Positions 11,831 to 35,709 of a stretch of DNA of 62,112 nucleotides are shown piece after piece. The position numbers and the translations under genes were made by a program. The DNA is from Macrostomum lignano (lineage: Eukaryota), in contig NIVC01002943.1 of NCBI GenBank assembly GCA_002269645.1, forward strand, positions 1 to 62,112. Reading direction: 5' to 3'. Numbering within the stretch: the first letter of the stretch is position 1; every line of letters starts with the position of its first letter. The notes under the pieces are model-generated. The model was not told the origin of the DNA, made no database searches, and saw only the letters and a list, made by a program, of their open reading frames with translations.

Positions 11831-14800
11831 ATGCGGTTGAATACTGCGCTGTTCTCCGCATTGCTGAGCACCCTGCTGCTGCAGCTGCTGCCACCAGCGT
11901 TGATGCAGAGCGTGCACGAATCCAGCTCCGCCGACTTGCTGTTCTCCAAGATTTACGACGCTCATCTCTCGATGATTCCTCCGCCTAAAGTGAACGGTAC
12001 ATTTAATGTCACCTTTGACATGGCCATTGCGCAGCTACTGGAGCTCGTGAGTTCACTGACTCTGATTGCTATTCTGCCGCTTCGCTATACGACCGCTACT
12101 TTATACGTTGATTCGCTCAATTAGCGAAAAAATGATACTAATACTAAACAAAAAATAACTAATAATAAATATTAGTCGACGAATTGTTTCTTTGTAAATT
12201 TTTCCTCTGTTTCAAGCCGAAAGAAGTAAATGTTCTTCTCTTTGATGGGATCGATACTGCAGGCACGTGATATTTTCAAATCGAGTGCAAGATTGGGTGC
12301 GCCTCCACTGCGGGTTGAAAGCGTCCCAGCAGTTTTACAGAATAAGAAAGGATTGGCAGGCGAGAGTAATGCAAATAAGATCAGAGGTTTATCCTGTTGT
12401 TTAACCGGTAATGCTCTAGAGTTTAATGAACTCATGCTATCATTAGTTACAGACAACATTATTACAGAGTTAATTAGTTACAGACAGCATTGCTGCAACG
12501 TTATCCTTCACTTGCTTCAGGACGAACTCAAGCAGACAGTCTCCATGCTCACCTGGAGGAGAATGGTGAGTGTATTGACTGCCTTAAACACCTGTTGCCT
12601 GATTACGGCAGTACTCAAGTTGATTTGATTTTGCAGTCCTGGTACGACACCAGACTATCATGGCGGGGTCGCGTCTTCGATGGCAACCTGAGCTTCAACT
12701 CTATCGGCAGCATCAAGATTCCAAACAGCCAGATCTGGAAGCCGGACTTGGTCGTGTACAATGAGTGAGTCGAAATGTTTGTTTGATCTTCCATTTAGAA
12801 TTTAGATGTCAATCAAAACTAATGAAATCACCAAACCGTCCACCCTCCGCAGTGTGAGGAAAACGGAGCTCGACTGGTCCCTCTACTACGCGTCAATTCA
12901 ATCAGACGGCCTCGTTCGACTCAACACCCCCCAGCTGATGAAGCTGTCCTGCCCAATCAATGTCCAACTGTTTCCGTACGATAAGCAGGTGTGCAGGATG
13001 AAGATCGGCAGCTGGACAATGGATGGTTTTGAGCTCAACTTGCTCAACGCGAGCACGCACGCTGACCTGTCCTCGATGGCGGAGGACAACGAGTTCTGCC
13101 TCGTCAAGGCGCCGCTGGAGCGAAACGTGATAAAGTACGCGTGCTGCGATGCGCCTTACCCGGACATTACGTACAGCATTTTGCTGCAGGTAAATGCGGC
13201 TTGTCAACCGGGCACGTTTTGGAGCTGTTCGGTGCACTTTCGATGCTAGGGTTGAGAACTGCCATTTCAGAGCGTACATGTAGCTCGCGTGTGCTGATTG
13301 GTTGGCTAAAATCAGAGCGTACATGTAGCTCGCGTGTGCTGATTGGTTGGCTAAAATTCAAGCATGCGTGCGTACGGTAACATTTCCTGGTTTGTCACCC
13401 TGTGATTCTGTGGAAATATTTTTCATTTCGCTGTCACTGTTGCTTAGAGCTGGCTTAGCTGCAAATATCGACATTCTACTTGTGAATTAAATTAGGGGTT
13501 TTTCTGTGTTTCGCTCAAGTTTAGATGGAAAACAGCACTGCAGTCTGCCAGACTAAGGTTGACAAACGAAATTACTCGCAGCTAGCAAAAATTTCAAAAA
13601 ACTCCCATTCTAAAATCTCCTACCGTTAGAGAAAACGATGCTGAAAAATACCCTTGAGCTTCGAGAGCATGTTTGCCCTGTCTTTTTCTTGAGTTTGGAG
13701 AGCGATGCGTGATAATGAGACATAATGGAGAGCAAATACGCTCGGTGAGGGCCAAACCTGGAACCAGTTCTACCAAGCTTACTCAGCCGAGTTCCTGCAT
13801 TTAATTCCGGGTACAGGCTGTAGCTAGAATGGCCTACAAGCTGCCTGCGCAAGGCTGCAAGACATGGTGATAAAAGATCTTGGGATTAATTTATTTAGTC
13901 CATTGCTCAGGCTTTAAGGTGTGTGAAGGGAACCTACTCATAAATGTTTTTTTTCATTATTTGCATGCAGGCAGTGGAACGAGAGGACGCAGCTGTGGCG
14001 TAGACCAGTTGCTGCTGTAGGGGCTGTGGCAGAGGCAGAGAGCCAGCAGAAAAATGAGGGATTAAATGGCTCTGGAATTGACTGTTGATTACTTTGGGCA
14101 CCGGCACTGAAACTTCGAGTGAGAGCTCAGCTCAATCCCAAGCAAGCGGGAACACACTGCTGTCCAAGGCAGAAGCAGAAAAATGCACCCTTAATATCAC
14201 ATGAAGGCTTTTAGGCTGATTGTTGCAATAATTTTAGCCCCGGTGTATGACTGGCGCTCATTGATCAAATTGAAAATATTCTGCCACTTTGCCTCTACTA
14301 TTTAATGCTTTACTCTGCTCCTCCTATCCCATATACATGTATTAACTGGGCATTCGCTGCTCGTCTAATTGCCTGTGATCTTAATTTGGCATCTTTTCTA
14401 CCGGTATTATCCAAGGGGGTTCCGATAATAGCAGGAAAATAGCAGTCGATGAACCGACAGAGTTCAAGTCCAGAAATTAATGTATCTGGCATCACTGAAT
14501 GAAGCGGCACCAAGCCGAGGTCAACCAGTCAAACAGTCAGTAATGCAGCATCGCCATCAACTGATGAATTCTTTTCTTCAGTTGATGGCGATGAATTCTT
14601 TTCTTCAGTTTCTTCTTTTCTTTTCTTTTCTTTGACGAGTTTGAAGCTTGGTAAGGAAAATCTTTCACATTTGCAACAGGGTGTCCATAGTCGCCTGGTG
14701 TCACCCGTTAAAGTAGCCGACAGCGTCTCAGAGATATTAAGAGACTAACTGAGTATGCCTAGCAGTTGAGGCTTGCCCACTTGATCAGAGTCATCAGAGA

Positions 14801-16885
14801 CATCAGAGACATCAGAGACATCAGAGACATCAGAGACATCAGAGACATCAGAGACATCAGAGACATCAGAGACATCAGAGACATCAGAGACATCAGAGAC
14901 ATCAGAGACATCAGAGACATCAGAGACATCATAGACATCAGAGACATCATAGACATCAGAGACATCAGAGACATCAGAGACATCAGAGACATCATAGACA
15001 TCAGAGACATCAGAGACATCATAGACATCAGAGACATCAGAGACATCAGAGACATCAGAGACATCATAGACATCAGAGACATCAGAGACATCAGAGACAT
15101 CAGAGACATCAGACATCAGAGACATCAGAGACATCAGAGACATCATAGACATCAGAGACATCAGAGACATCAGAGACATCATAGACATCAGAGACATCAT
15201 AGACATCAGAGACATCAGAGACATCAGAGACATCATAGACATCAGAGACATCAGAGACATCATAGACATCATAGACACCAGAGACATAAGAGACATCAGA
15301 GACACCAGAGACACCAGAGACATCAGAGACACCAGAGACATCAGAGACACCAGAGACACCAGAGACATCAGAGACACCAGAGACATCAGAGACACCAGAG
15401 ACATCAGAGACACCAGAGACATCAGAGACACCAGAGACATCAGAGACACCAGAGACATCAGAGACACCAGAGACATCAGAGACACCAGAGACATCAGAGA
15501 CATCAGAGACATCAGAGACATCAGAGACATCATAGACATCATAGACACCAGAGACATCAGAGACACCAGAGACATCAGAGACACCAGAGACATCAGAGAC
15601 ACCAGAGACATCAGAGACACCAGAGACATCAGAGACACCAGAGACATCAGAGACACCAGAGACATCAGAGACACCAGAGACATCAGAGACACCAGAGACA
15701 TCAGAGACACCAGAGACATCAGAGACACCAGAGACATCAGAGACACCAGAGACATCAGAGACACCAGAGACATCAGAGACACCAGAGACATCAGAGACAC
15801 CAGAGACATCAGAGACACCAGAGACATCAGAGACACCAGAGACATCAGAGACACCAGAGACATCAGAGACACCAGAGACATCAGAGACACCAGAGACATC
15901 AGAGACACCAGAGACATCAGAGACACCAGAGACATCAGAGACACCAGAGACATCAGAGACACCAGAGACATCAGAGACACCAGAGACATCAGAGACACCA
16001 GAGACATCAGAGACACCAGAGACATCAGAGACACCAGAGACATCAGAGACACCAGAGACATCAGAGACACCAGAGACATCAGAGACACCAGAGACATCAG
16101 AGACACCAGAGACATCAGAGACACCAGAGACATCAGAGACACCAGAGACATCAGAGACACCAGAGACATCAGAGACACCAGAGACATCAGAGACACCAGA
16201 GACATCTCGGTGAAGACGCTTCGGTGAAGTCCAGCGACCAACGAAGTCAGAACTGATGCAGACACGTGTGGTCGACATGCTGTTGAAATTGAAGGCTCGA
16301 CAAAGCGGCACTGAGGCGCAGTGCTGATTGGCGCACAGGAGTGTATTGAATAATACATTGGGTCTGATGGCCAGTGATGGGAAAGAACCCGACCTGCTGG
16401 CAGAATTCCTGAATATCTCGACGGTTCAGTAAGCTGGAGACTTGATCATTATTTTAAGAAGGTGCACAATAAAGAAGTTGGTACGTGTTCTGGAACTTCG
16501 TGTGCCTGCGTTGCTCTGTTATGGATTGTAGAGTCAGTCTCCTTTTGGTAGTTTGACTGGCAGATAGTGGCGTCAAGGCGCCAAAATATAGCGCAAATGA
16601 TTGCCTGCGGCGCCAAAGTGTCTCCAGTGCCAAAATAGTGCCTGCCTACGGCGCCACAAATGAGTTTGGCAGAGTAAACAGCTCGCTTCTGCACCCAGAG
16701 CTACTGCAGATCAGACAGTTGGGTAGTTCGTGTCAAGCACGTCTGCAGAACATAGTAGTGCAAGAACAGGTGGGTTCCACTTGTTTGCTTGTAGACAATC
16801 TGGGATTGAAAACAAGTTGCAGCACAAGCAGCTATCCGAGACAGCGAGACAGTTCCACATCAAATGCGTTCAGAGAGGGGAGAGG

Positions 16886-16927
<42 letters not shown>

Positions 16928-19481
16928 GCATCCGTTTGGTGATCAGAAAGTTCCACAAGTAGCAACTGTAGTCACTGATCAGGCCCTCGGGTACTTTGAA
17001 ACTTCACTATACCAATCCGAACCTTTCAGTGTTTGTGTCTCTTCTCAGCTCTCTTCTCAGTTTTCACCTCTCTTCTCTCCTCTCCTCTCTTCTCCTTTCT
17101 CCTCTCATTTCTCCACTCCCCTCTCCTCTCTTCTCTCACTAATCCTCTCTCTTAAGACACCTCTCATCTCGTCTCTCACCTCCCTTTTGTCGTATCTCTT
17201 TCTTCTTCTCTCATCACTATTCCATCTCCTTACCTCTCCCATCTGGCCCACAGCAATGAATTAGATTCTTTGTTTGCCCCTTGAGGTAGAAGAAAGGGAA
17301 GATTCTCTATGGAAACTTTTTATTAGAGGCGGAGACAGGGGGCTGTATGTACCCTGGCGCACTTTAAGTGACATTGTCACACAACTGGCAAACATTCCGC
17401 CGACTCTCCTGAGCAAACACACAAGCGTGCAAATACATGCGCATTCATACGCACGAGCACACATTCACACAGGAGTGTACAGCGGCCCTAACTTTATTTA
17501 TTGTTAGGCATGTACAATTCACTGTGCCTTGGGGGGTTGGCCCGCAATGGTGTTAATTGCATTTAGCCCCAGATTAATGTGAGTGCACTTGGAATCGAAC
17601 CTGGGCCGCTGGCACATCAGAGCGCCGCGCTGGACCACTGGGCTGTGCACTCCTCAGAGCATTGATCGATTTGCAAACAATCAACCCCTTCCAGCGCAAG
17701 CCGCTGTACTACGAGATCAACCTCATCATGCCCTGCATCGCCATCCTCATTGTGGCCCTGTTCGGCTTCCGACTGCCGCCCGAGTCCGGCGAGCGGATCT
17801 CCCTGTCCGTCACGGTGCTGCTGGCGCTCAGCGTGTTTCTGCAGCTGGCCAGCGAGCACACGCCGACGCAGAGCGACGTTGTGCCGCTCATGTGTGAGTC
17901 TGCGGGTTCTGCGCTACCCCGCTTCGTAGCTAATTGATTAAATATCTTAAGCTCATTAAATTTTACCCGTGTGTTAGCATACAGCAGACATGGGCGTTGA
18001 CAAGGCTCTGGCTGAGCAAGATGAAAGTACACAGACAGGGCCAAAGCTGGCCGGACGAGAGCAGTGTGCGCCAATAATGTACACATTGTTCGGCGAGCGT
18101 TGAAAACGTTACACGGTTCTGATCTAGTCATCAGTGTATTAAGGGAAACTATAAACAAAAGGCAATACTGACGAGAGGGCTGCGGGCACCCTAGCGAAAC
18201 GCCTCGGCGTTATCATTCCACAGCCAGTGCCGAGGCAATTCTGCACATTTCGCTGACTTCTGAGCACACACAGCGCGTCAATACTGTACGCAGGCACGTA
18301 CTCACACAGGGGTGCACAGCGGCCCTGACTTTCTAATCGTCAGGCATGTAAATTCTCTGTGCCGTGGGGTTGCCCCTCATGACTGTTAACCAAAAGAAAA
18401 ACCCTTGGTCAATTCCGTGCACAAGCCCCAAATGAATGTGGGGCGTAAGGAATTGAACCAGTGTCTCGGGCGCGGACCCTGTATAGACTCCTACTTTATT
18501 CACTTCAGTATTTATAAATTTTTTTCTTCAAAACTTTGAACTACCTTAGTAGATTAAACTTGAAAATTATTTATTCTGTCTTCAAACTGCTTTATGCATT
18601 GGACACTTTTCAGCCCGCTACTTCATGGTCGCCATCGGCATGTCCTCGTTGTGCGTTCTGGGCAGCATCCTGGTGCTGCTGCTGCACTCCAACGGCAAGC
18701 AGGCCAAGCGAATGGGCCACCGAACTGAGCTGTTCTTCACTCTGCTGTGCCGCCTCATCTGCTATCCGGGCTTCCAGGAAGCTGGAGCGAATGCCAGCGG
18801 CTGCAGAGGTGACGGAGGCACCCACGGAGGCAACAGGCACCAGAATCGCGTCAACAGGCGTTCGGTAGGCTACCGATTTCAAAGAACCGATTTAATGCAG
18901 AAAGATCGATTAAAGGAAACGATTCGATTTTGATGAACGCTGGTTTGGGCGCAAAATCAAAATAAGAAGGAGCTATTGGCTAGAAAACATTTACGTATAA
19001 TTCTTTCATTTTGCAGATTAGTCCGAGCAAAAGCAGCAACGGCAAAAGCAATGGCAGAACCAACAGCAGAAGCAACAGAATCTTTTCACCGACAGCCTCG
19101 TCCACCATCGTGTCCAGTAGAGTGGATATGGAAGAAATTAACGTCGATGCACTGCGCGTCAGAGCTGAGCGCAGTTCGACTGCTGATGTGTCGCCGCCAC
19201 CGTCTCCTCAGCAGCCGCCGCCGCAATGGGCGGCTGATGCTCTGAACCGAGTCAGCTCAACCCTGACGGAGATTCGCCTGGCCATGGCCCAGTCGGAGGA
19301 CTCCAAGCGATGGGAGCGACGTTGGGAGGACGCCGCCCAGGTCACGGACAGGCTGATGTTCTACATCTCCATAATGGGCTTCATCGGACTCATCCTGACC
19401 GTCTTGATAGTCCGACCCAGCGAAGCCATCAGCGCCGCCACTGACTGCAAGCAGTTTCGCGCTGCCTCGATGAGCGCCTGA
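11831..19481 (+). CDS. Nicotinic acetylcholine receptor alpha-type subunit, 7 exons: 11831-12046, 12521-12565, 12637-12764, 12853-13189, 17695-17893, 18614-18864, 19017-19481
   Basis: Signal peptide, IWKPDLVVYN, Cys-loop CPINVQLFPYDKQVC, WTMDG, loop C YACCDAPY (vicinal cysteines), and four TM segments with cation-type GERISL before M2. All junctions are GT-AG and phase-consistent, including the typical 45-nt exon. Confidence 0.95.
14792..16205. repeat. 9-bp tandem array (CATCAGAGA with CACCAGAGA and CATCATAGA variants), about 155 units, in nAChR intron 4
   Basis: Directly visible; a long stretch alternates two variants as an 18-bp higher-order unit. Confidence 0.97.
17465..17645 (-). mobile_element. 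tRNA-derived SINE-like element; related copies at about 7750-7915, 18300-18480, 32480-32640 and 54690-54830
   Basis: Minus strand begins AGCCCAGTGGTCCAGCGCG...CCCAGGTTCGATTCC (A/B-box-like). The body motif CCCCAAGGCACAG...AGGGCCGCTGTACAC recurs at the other loci. Confidence 0.6.
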
Positions 19482-20679
19482 CCTGACAGAGGTATCCGAC
19501 CGAGTGCTCCGCCAGATTGAAAGTGGAGCTTCCAGTAACCGTTTCCGAACAATTCTTTGTGCACTCGAATGGACCTGAGCAGGTTCGAAATTGCACCCAT
19601 AATACTATTAACGTTGTAAAAAAGAAGACTGCTAGCTCAACGGTGCCAATTACCTGAGGTCGACTGCGGGCTTCATATTGCTTATATTACTTTAGGAATT
19701 ATGCATGAAGTTGGCCTGAAACTTGTCGTTTAATCCACACTTGTGACGACCAACTCACAGTACACCCTGTGCATCGGTGTCCCATGTGCCAGCTCAGCGG
19801 ACAAAACTTCTTGCAAATTACATGCATGTCTGAGTAGAGGTTTAGGATGGTTTTCCATTGTCGTGTAATTTTGCACGCCTGCTCAGTTCGGTAGCAGCGA
19901 ATTTTAGCTAGAGTTAGAATTCGCCGTTCCTGAAAGCTGCTTATTTTTATAGAATTACTCGGCTTTCTGTTTCACGTTTCTCACATTGTGTGTATTTTGT
20001 TCATTGTACTCCGGAACCGAACTCCATATTCGTCTCCTATAAACTACTACAAGTAGCGCTGCGAGTGGGTGCAATTTTTTATTGTGCTCTTATAACCCAT
20101 CCTGCGCTCGCAATTAATTGATCCGATCAGTATTTGATTGGGTGTTTATTTTTACGAGACTGCATAAAGTGCTTGCTTGAGTGAATAATCTCAGATAAGT
20201 TGATGCCGCGTCTGCAACTAGAAACTGTCGAGACTTGAATGTTTTCTACAAATTTTGAGTTAGCCCGCTGTAGGTTGCGCTTTAAATGCGGAAAGCTCAT
20301 AGAAAGGCAATAATAGAAGCCACTATCCTTTACTCAGATTGACCTCGGGCCGCATGAAATTGGTTCAGGTCGTGAAACCTGCCAAATGACGCTTTGTACA
20401 AAAGCAAAGTGAGACGTGCCTACAAATGAAAGAACTGGATGGCTAGAAGCTCAAGGTATTCCATTTTAATCTCTTACCTAGAAGATAAAGCTCTGTTTCT
20501 TAGACACTATTTTTGTTTGGTCCGACCGGGCGTAACTTGGTTGGGTGTTAAACCAGTGGGGCGTGGCTCTTGTGCGTTGGTGCGGGGGTGGTGGGCCGCG
20601 CCTAGGTCACGTGCCCGCGGCTTGGGTGGCGGTTATTTCTGCCAAGCGGACTGTCGCTGACCGAGGGTATCCAGGGATG

Positions 20680-21090
20680 CTGTGGCACGCAACGCTTGTA
20701 CAAAGTCATCAAAGACACTTAAGAGAGACAAGTGGGTTAGAAATGTTTTCACTGATCAACGCCAGATTCCAACGACGGTGAGTGAACTGAATCATGAACA
20801 GCTACGGGACCTTTTGCCGCGGCTTCTTCCACGAAGTCCGCAAACAAAGTGGAGAAGGCTATCCGACTGGATCGATTGTCTCCATCGCCGCTGGACTACA
20901 GCATATGGCTAGTATTATACGATCAGTAGACAACCACCCATGGACATCTTTCGTGGCCTGGACTTAAAAGCAATCACGGACTGAAAGATGCTGCAATGGG
21001 GATTACTACCAAACAAGACGACGGCTTGAAGCGCAGGAGTGATTTCCATCGAAAAAGACTCTCAAATCTGGAATAAACAGCGCGGCCGCT
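20680..21090 (+). pseudogene. Crypton-like (DUF3504/ZMYM-KCTD1-related) transposon relic
   Basis: Frameshifted translation KTLKRDKWVRNVF...ELNHEQLRDLL / FFHEVRKQSGEGYPTGSIVSIAAGLQHM... / VISIEKDSQIW resembles the conserved N-terminal half of Crypton-type proteins. Stops and frameshifts are present. Confidence 0.6.
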
Positions 21091-21506
21091 AAATAAAAGC
21101 CAGAAAATTAAATTGCAAAAACTAAAGCTTGGAACTTGAATAAATGCTTCTTATTGCGGGCATTATGTGAGCTTCGGCATGCTATATTTTTGGCAAAAGT
21201 GACTTTAATTTGGCAAACCCATAAACATATTTCCTTCCCGTAATATTTATATGGCCAACTGTGGCAGAATCAGTTAAAGTGCGCGTTCAACTTTGGCAAA
21301 AGTGACTCCAATATTAGCGACACAGGCGAACACTGCAGGGTGGAGAACGGCAGGAGCGCAGTTTCTAAGAAGGAAGAGACTGGAGACGGCTGGCAAATGT
21401 CCTCGACATAAAAAAGATCCAACCAGTTCCAGTTCCATCACCGCCGAAAATGTCAGCAGTGGCACGGATCATGTGCTGAGTTGTGGATCCCCCCTGCCTG
21501 ACCTAC

Positions 21507-21785
21507 AGTGACATTGATATATTCCTGCACGGTCACGAGTGCGGGAATGACATCTGCACGAGTGCGCGCTAGCGCACGAGTGCACGATGTCCTTCACGCA
21601 CGAGTGAACGTGAAGGAATTCCATTGTCGGATGATTTATCGTGCAGGAATGCACAAAACCGTGCAGGAATGCATTTCTGCGCCTAATGCTTTTTCAGTGA
21701 GATTTTACCATAGACATCCATTCCTGCACGCAAAAGAGTGCAAGAATGCCATTCTTGCATGGAAAATCAGCCGACAATGATCACT
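21507..21785. mobile_element. MITE-like foldback element
   Basis: Imperfect terminal inverted repeats AGTGACATTG / CAATGATCACT; internal inverted pair CATTGTCGGATGATTT / AAATCAGCCGACAATG; multiple ATTCCTGCACG / CGTGCAGGAAT arms. Confidence 0.5.
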
Positions 21786-23124
21786 AATGGTCTTTCAGTA
21801 ACTACAACTGTGACATTAGGATAACTGAAGCAGTGACAGTGACTGACTTTGAGTCCGTCTCCAGACCCGTCAGAGTTTTTCATTTCTGACGCGCTGCTCG
21901 ACTTGTACGATGAGCAGCACGTAGGAGCGCAACAGCAGCATCGGAAGTTTCAATTGCATCCAGCAGTCAATTACCCGGTGATGCTCAAGAAACTGCTCAC
22001 AAACGAATCTGGTGGCTTTCGGTGCCAAGACTGCATCTGTCTCGAATTCATCTTGACTTGGATCTTGACCGTAACACGACCTCACACTCCAAGTCGCTTC
22101 ACTTGAACTCCAACTCCAATTATGAGGATGATATATTTAAATCACGATAAAACATCTATTTGGATAACAAACAAGGTAGTTATTATAAGCCGGGTGAACA
22201 TCAGTTAAAAAAACTTGAACAATAGAAATTCCATGCTACAACAAAAGGCTTGAACTATCAGCCGAGAGCTCAGTGACTACAATAGACAGGAAAAATCACT
22301 CGTCTGATTCAGGCAAGATTCGAGGGCCATTCGCTAGGAAGCGAGATTGGTGCTGTGTTTTTATTTCAATTTTATTTCAGTTCGTGAAAAGCAAAGTGTG
22401 TTGCAATGAAATGCGTCACAGATTATAATATTGAATCAACGGCATGATGGCAATGCAATTTCACGATTATTCATATCTAAGTACGAGCGGCTCATGCAGA
22501 AAGACCACAAGTAGTATGAGATGGAGCAATGCTTCCAACCAACAGTCAATCTTGCAAACAAATCGTTTCAGTTTAAGCTATAATCCAAAAACCTGAATGC
22601 AAAATATTCTATTAAACTCCACAAGTCTATTCTAAAATCGTGCCATGAATTGTCAACTTAGCGCCTGAATGGAGCCTGCAGTACCCTGGGAGCCTGGTAG
22701 GGGACCTGGGGGTCTTTCTCGAAACTGCCGTAAGTTCTATAGTAATTTCAATCGCGCTAAAACTTCGCGCTCTGCGTAAGATCAGCCTTAAGTCGGTTAA
22801 TTCTCAAAACCGACTCTAAATAACAATTGTCTATGGACGAAAGAGTGGAAAACGTGACGCTTTTCTAGCTTTTTTACGGAGAGAAATAGGCGGTCAGTCT
22901 TAAAGATGACCATAGAAATACGAATCATTCCATTAACAGCCTTTTGCGTAAAGTGGCGATCGAACTTGCAAGCTGTAAGTGCGGCTTCTCCATCTTAAGT
23001 CTATAGTCCAATCCCCAATGAATAAGGATCCCCTGAATGGGACATTCGGTGTATTTCGTAGCTTTACGTATTTCCGGCTCCATTCCGGTTACTACTGTGG
23101 TCCTTGCACACTGCTCGGTGCTGG

Positions 23125-23339
23125 CTAGGGCTGTTCACTGTTTCGTGGTGTCTCGCCGCTACGCGAGTTCAGCGAGTTCTCGATGGACAAAACCCGGGGA
23201 CTCAGGCCCAGCCTAGGCAGCAGCCTCGGCATGCGGATCGACCCGCTGCCGTGCGACTGGCTCAGCTGATTGGATTCGAGCAGCTGGCGAGGATCCGGCT
23301 GCAGGATGGCGGATCTCAGCTGGTGCTGCTTCTCCTGCG

Positions 23340-23397
<58 letters not shown>

Positions 23398-23680
23398 AAA
23401 CAGTTCATCTGTACAGGAGTTCTGTCTGCGGATGCTGTGCTTCACTCTGTTAGACTGATTCTGCTGGTGATTTCCGGGTCGCTGCTCGCCCGGCGCTGCC
23501 GAGGTGATGGTGGTGACCATCGGCAGCTTCTGCTGCTGGCCGACGCCGCTGCTGTTTCTGGACGAAGCCCAGTCGGCCAGGGCCAGGGCGTCCCAGGATC
23601 GAGTCAGCCGGCGTGACTCCGACTCGGATGCGGCACTCATCGCTGGCGCTGCTGTCCCAGTCTGAGCACTGCGGCCCAAC
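23125..23680 (-). CDS. Probable terminal exon of an unassigned gene (Ser/Gln-rich, polyQ)
   Basis: GC-rich open frame with a (CAG)n tract and RRxS-like motifs, a plausible acceptor near 23670 (GGCCGCAG) and a stop at 23125. No domain recognised. Confidence 0.4.
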
Positions 23681-24164
23681 AATTGATAAGTGAGGGTCGG
23701 GTCCGGTACGCGGAATGAGTTGGTAATAAAGAGGCCAGCTTTTCTCTTTGTCACCTCCCTCCTCTCACCTTCTCTTTGCTTCCTCTGACTCTGCCTGTTT
23801 CACTGTTACATAGAAATGCCAATTGCATTTGGTGAGACCATGTGTAAGGAGCTGGTACCCCCTGCTGTTGTTTCATCTCTCCCCAATTGTGCGCTCCCGC
23901 CCCGGCAACTCAGCTATGTCTACCCTTCTCCCACTCGTCCCCCGCATGCCCCCGGCCAGTCTCTGCTCCAGCATCTCCCTCGCTTCCTGGCGGCACGGGA
24001 CGGCGGGTTTTTGCCACTGCGACCGACCGGCGGGCGCACTCCACCCTGAAAGCCGGCTCGCCGCGTGCATGGGCCTGAAAAGTCAAGCCCTGTCTCTCCC
24101 CACTTCCAATGCCCTTCACCTGTATCCCACCTGTGCGCCACAAAGCCGGTCTGGCTGACTCTGG

Positions 24165-27360
<3,196 letters not shown>

Positions 27361-27653
27361 GCTTCTAATCCAAATCAATTGGACAAACTTGGAGCAACAG
27401 TTTAACTTTATTCTAGCAGTTGCCCAGCCTCAAAAATAAAAAATAAGATTCGTTCCATTTAGTGTTGGCTGCAGTTCTACTATGAAGTACTACTATTAGC
27501 CTCGACAACAAAAAAAGTAGTATATTTCGGATAATTAGTTATGAGTTTTAACAAATTGCTAAAGTATACTGCACACGTTGCGCTGGCTACAAGTAAGCAT
27601 AGAGCAATACAGGTTACTGAAGTAATATTTAGCCTGCTCAAGTGATTCACTGA

Positions 27654-35510
<7,857 letters not shown>

Positions 35511-35709
35511 GCTGCTTGTTTGAATATCAGTTACGAGCTACTAGCTGTCCAACTGCTTAATCGCAGCGGTGCCTATACTTCCCTGAGGCTACTCAGAATC
35601 CCCACATCGAGTTTCCAACTTCCTATTGGCCTTCCGCATCCCAGCTGGATTGCCAGCCCAGATTCGCAGTGGCCATTCATCAGCCGCGAGCCCACAAGCC
35701 ATCCGGGTC

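Noticed and set aside
14745-16358. Long ORFs (SLM/SLV, HQR, DVS repeats) of 400-537 aa
   Set aside because: They are translations of a stop-free 9-bp array inside nAChR intron 4, with no splice or domain evidence.
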